28,840 bases of DNA from a virus (taxonomy: Duplodnaviria; Heunggongvirae; Uroviricota; Caudoviricetes). The stretch is taken from IMG/VR virus record IMGVR_UViG_2609459848_000003; one strand, given 5' to 3'. Shown piece by piece: positions 26,339-28,840 of the stretch. The position numbers were made by a program, and so were the translations under genes. Position 1 is the stretch's first letter. Every line of letters begins with the position of its first letter. A model generated the notes under the pieces. It searched no databases. It worked only from the letters and a program-made list of their open reading frames with translations, and was not told the DNA's origin.

Positions 26339-27952
26339 TTATTTATTGGTGAGTACTACGTTCCATGGCAGGAGTTCGTCAACTCGGTTGGAAGGCCATT
26401 CCGGCAGTACGCTCAGGATATGGCGCAGATACGCTTCCGGATCGATACCGTTCAGACGGCAGGTGCCGATCAGCCCGTACAACAGTGCTCCACGCTCGCC
26501 GCCGTGATCGCTGCCAAAGAACATAAAGTTTTTCTTTCCGAGACAGACTGCACGAAGCGCTCTTTCCGCAGCATTATTATCCGCCTCCGCCAGACCGTCA
26601 TCACTGTAATAACAGAGGGCATCCCACTGATTCAGTACATAGCTGAACGCTTCGCCCAGTCTGGATTTTTTCGACAGCGTACCATTCTTCTCCACCATCC
26701 ATTCATGCAGCGACGTCAGTAACACTTTGCTTCGCTGCTGCCTGACGGCAAGACGCTCTGACTCCGGTAATCCCCGTATTTCATCCTCGATGGCGTACAG
26801 TTCACTGATTCGCTTCAGGGCTTCTTCTGCCGTCGCACTTTTGCTGCTGATGTATACATCGTGGATTTTTCGCCGGGCATGGGCCCAGCACGCAACTTCT
26901 GTCAGTGCACCACCTTCACGTTCTGCACTGAACAACCTGTCGTAACCTGTGAACGCATCCGCCTGCAGGATACCCCGGAAGGGGCGGAGGTGTTGCTCCG
27001 GGTGTTTCCCCTGCCGGTTCGGCGAGTACGCGAACCAGACCGCTGGAGGAGATGACGAACCCACATTGCGATCATCCCGGACATACGTCCAGATACGCCC
27101 TGTTTTCGCCTTTTTCTGACCCGGTGCCAGTACCTTTACCGGTGTGTCATCAGTGTGAACCTTGCGGGTGTTCATTACATAACGGTACAGGGCATCATTC
27201 ACCGGTGTCATTAACTGGCAGCACGCGTCAACCCAGTTGGAGAGTAAGGCCCGGCTCAGTTCGACACCCTGGCGGGCAAAGATTTCACTCTGACGATACA
27301 GTGGCAGATGTTCGCAGTATTTTCCCGTTAACACGCGGGCAAGTAATCCGGGGCCCGCGATACCACGCTCTATCGGGCGGGACGGCGCCGGTGCTTCAAC
27401 AATACAGTCACATTTTGTACAGGCTTTTTTTACCCGTTCTGTGCGGATCACTTTCAGGGCACTGCTCACCAGTTCCAGCTGTTCAGCGCTGACTTCCCCC
27501 AGATAATCCAGCTCACCGCCACACTCCGGGCAACAGCTTTCTTCTGGCTCCAGGCGGTGTATTTCACGGGGAAGGTGTGCCGGTAACGGACGACGATGGC
27601 GCGACTGTCGCAACTGGCGGGGAACCTGAGGATCGTCTTCCCGCCCACTGTAACGATCGCTGTCCTGTTCACGTTGTTTCAGCAGAGCCTCAGCCAGTTC
27701 AACTTCACGACGCAGTTTTTCAGAACGGGTACCGAACAGCATCCGGCGCAGTTTTTCTATCTGAGCCCGCAGATGTTCTATTTCCCGTTCATCTTCTTCG
27801 ATCTTTTCTTCGGCACGTGTCAGTGCAGAGCGCAGGAAGGCTTCCGTCTCTTCAACCAGACTCAGTTGCTGGTCTTTCTGACGGAGGGCTTCAGCCTGCT
27901 CAGAGAGCAACCTTTCCAGCTCTGCGATGCGAATGAGGTATTTCTGACTCAT
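26339..27952 (-). CDS. tnpC: IS66-family transposase TnpC (537 aa)
   Basis: Leucine-zipper-like N-terminus, CPECGG zinc-binding motif and LPLYRQ, typical of IS66 transposases. Confidence 0.9.
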   Translation of the reverse strand: MSQKYLIRIAELERLLSEQAEALRQKDQQLSLVEETEAFLRSALTRAEEKIEEDEREIEHLRAQIEKLRRMLFGTRSEKLRREVELAEALLKQREQDSDRYSGREDDPQVPRQLRQSRHRRPLPAHLPREIHRLEPEESCCPECGGELDYLGEVSAEQLELVSSALKVIRTERVKKACTKCDCIVEAPAPSRPIERGIAGPGLLARVLTGKYCEHLPLYRQSEIFARQGVELSRALLSNWVDACCQLMTPVNDALYRYVMNTRKVHTDDTPVKVLAPGQKKAKTGRIWTYVRDDRNVGSSSPPAVWFAYSPNRQGKHPEQHLRPFRGILQADAFTGYDRLFSAEREGGALTEVACWAHARRKIHDVYISSKSATAEEALKRISELYAIEDEIRGLPESERLAVRQQRSKVLLTSLHEWMVEKNGTLSKKSRLGEAFSYVLNQWDALCYYSDDGLAEADNNAAERALRAVCLGKKNFMFFGSDHGGERGALLYGLIGTCRLNGIDPEAYLRHILSVLPEWPSNRVDELLPWNVVLTNK

Positions 27953-27982
27953 GACCGTTTTTATAATGCGGTCAGGAGTTTT

Positions 27983-28333
27983 TTACAACATTGTCAGTGA
28001 GTTACGGCTGGATGTTTTTGGCTGACGCCAGTCCAGCTTATCGAGGAGCATTGCCAGTTGCGAGCGGGTAATGGATACCTTGCCGTCACGTACCGCAGGC
28101 CAGATAAACTGGCCTTCCTCCAGGCGTTTGGTGAACAGGCACAGACCATCAGCATCAGCCCAAAGAATTTTGACGGTGTCACCCCGTCGGCCACGGAAGA
28201 TAAACAGGTGACCGGAGAAGGGATTATCATTCAGCACATGTTGTACCTGTTCTCCCAGTCCGTTGAAGGATTTACGCATATCGGTAACGCCGGCAACGAG
28301 CCAGATACGGGTACCTGATGGGAGTGAGATCAT
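27983..28333 (-). CDS. tnpB: IS66-family accessory protein TnpB (orf2, 116 aa)
   Basis: MISLPSGTRIWLVAGVTDMRKSFNGL...FIFRGRRGDTVKILWADADGLCLFTKRLE is the characteristic IS66 Orf2 sequence. Confidence 0.9.
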   Translation of the reverse strand: MISLPSGTRIWLVAGVTDMRKSFNGLGEQVQHVLNDNPFSGHLFIFRGRRGDTVKILWADADGLCLFTKRLEEGQFIWPAVRDGKVSITRSQLAMLLDKLDWRQPKTSSRNSLTML

Positions 28334-28755
28334 CTTCCCCTCCCGGTCAGTTCACGGATCAACACTGTGAGCAGCTCTGGCGATGGATTTTCCAGCGTCA
28401 TGTTACCGTGACGGAATTCCACCTTGCAGGAACTGGCACTGACTCTGGTCTGAGTGGAAGTGGATAAAGACGGCGCAATGGCCGCCACAGGTTCTTTCTG
28501 CTCATCCGGCGTTATTTCTACAGGTAATAATTCAACGCCAGTGTCAGAAGAGGTCGTTACCGGAAGACGCCGCGAAACACGCCCTTCGTTCTGCCAGAGC
28601 CTGAGCCATTTGAAAATAACATTATCATTGACGCCATTTTCACGTGCAATCTGTGCAACACAAGCTCCAGGTTGTGATGCCAGTTCCACCATACGAAGTT
28701 TGAATTCATTCGAATAGTTTTTACGAGGTTCTTTTCGCCAGTCCTGTAATTCCAT
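28330..28755 (-). CDS. tnpA: IS66-family accessory protein TnpA (orf1, 141 aa)
   Basis: Position first in the IS; helix-turn-helix-like region NYSNEFKLRMVELASQPGACVAQIARENGVNDNVIFKWL; 4-bp overlap with tnpB. Confidence 0.8.
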   Translation of the reverse strand: MELQDWRKEPRKNYSNEFKLRMVELASQPGACVAQIARENGVNDNVIFKWLRLWQNEGRVSRRLPVTTSSDTGVELLPVEITPDEQKEPVAAIAPSLSTSTQTRVSASSCKVEFRHGNMTLENPSPELLTVLIRELTGRGR

Positions 28756-28840
28756 ACTTAGATGTCCGTCTATATCAGATGGGCGTCTAAGTTACCAATT
28801 CTCGTCTGATGGCTACATACGGCGGTCAGTTTACGCTTAC

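Larger units (their letters stand above)
26309..28840 (-). mobile_element. IS66-family insertion sequence (about 2.53 kb), complete to the window edge
   Basis: Three ORFs in the tnpA-tnpB-tnpC order of IS66 elements; imperfect terminal inverted repeats GTAAGCGTCAACGGAGCACCGTATTG (26309, plus strand) and GTAAGCGTAAACTGACCGCCGTATGTAGCC (reverse complement ending at 28840). Confidence 0.85.

Noticed and set aside
26420-27936. Plus-strand ORFs of 64-146 aa inside the IS element
   Set aside because: They are antisense to the IS66 tnpC reading frame, which has the characteristic transposase motifs.

Overview
This window reads as a P1-type phage-plasmid segment, assembled from sequence motifs and remembered family features rather than any database search. 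Left to right: a tail-fibre gene running off the window start with internal 222-bp tandem repeats, baseplate/tail genes and a roughly 1130-aa transglycosylase (Sit-like) on the minus strand; an AT-rich two-gene envelope module (SlyB-like lipoprotein plus secreted charged coiled-coil protein); an immI-like switch (structured c4-like RNA, icd, nested ant1/ant2) with C1-type operators; the kilA-repL lytic replicon; a hok/mok/sok-type toxin locus missed by the ORF track; head/sheath late genes; parS-parB-parA; incA iterons, repA and oriR (5 iterons, GATC cluster, DnaA boxes); an overlapped spanin-like pair; and an IS66-family element ending exactly at the window edge. The most likely candidate for something undescribed is the envelope module at 10636-11700, sitting where P1 carries its sim genes. 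Protein names for most structural genes are tentative.
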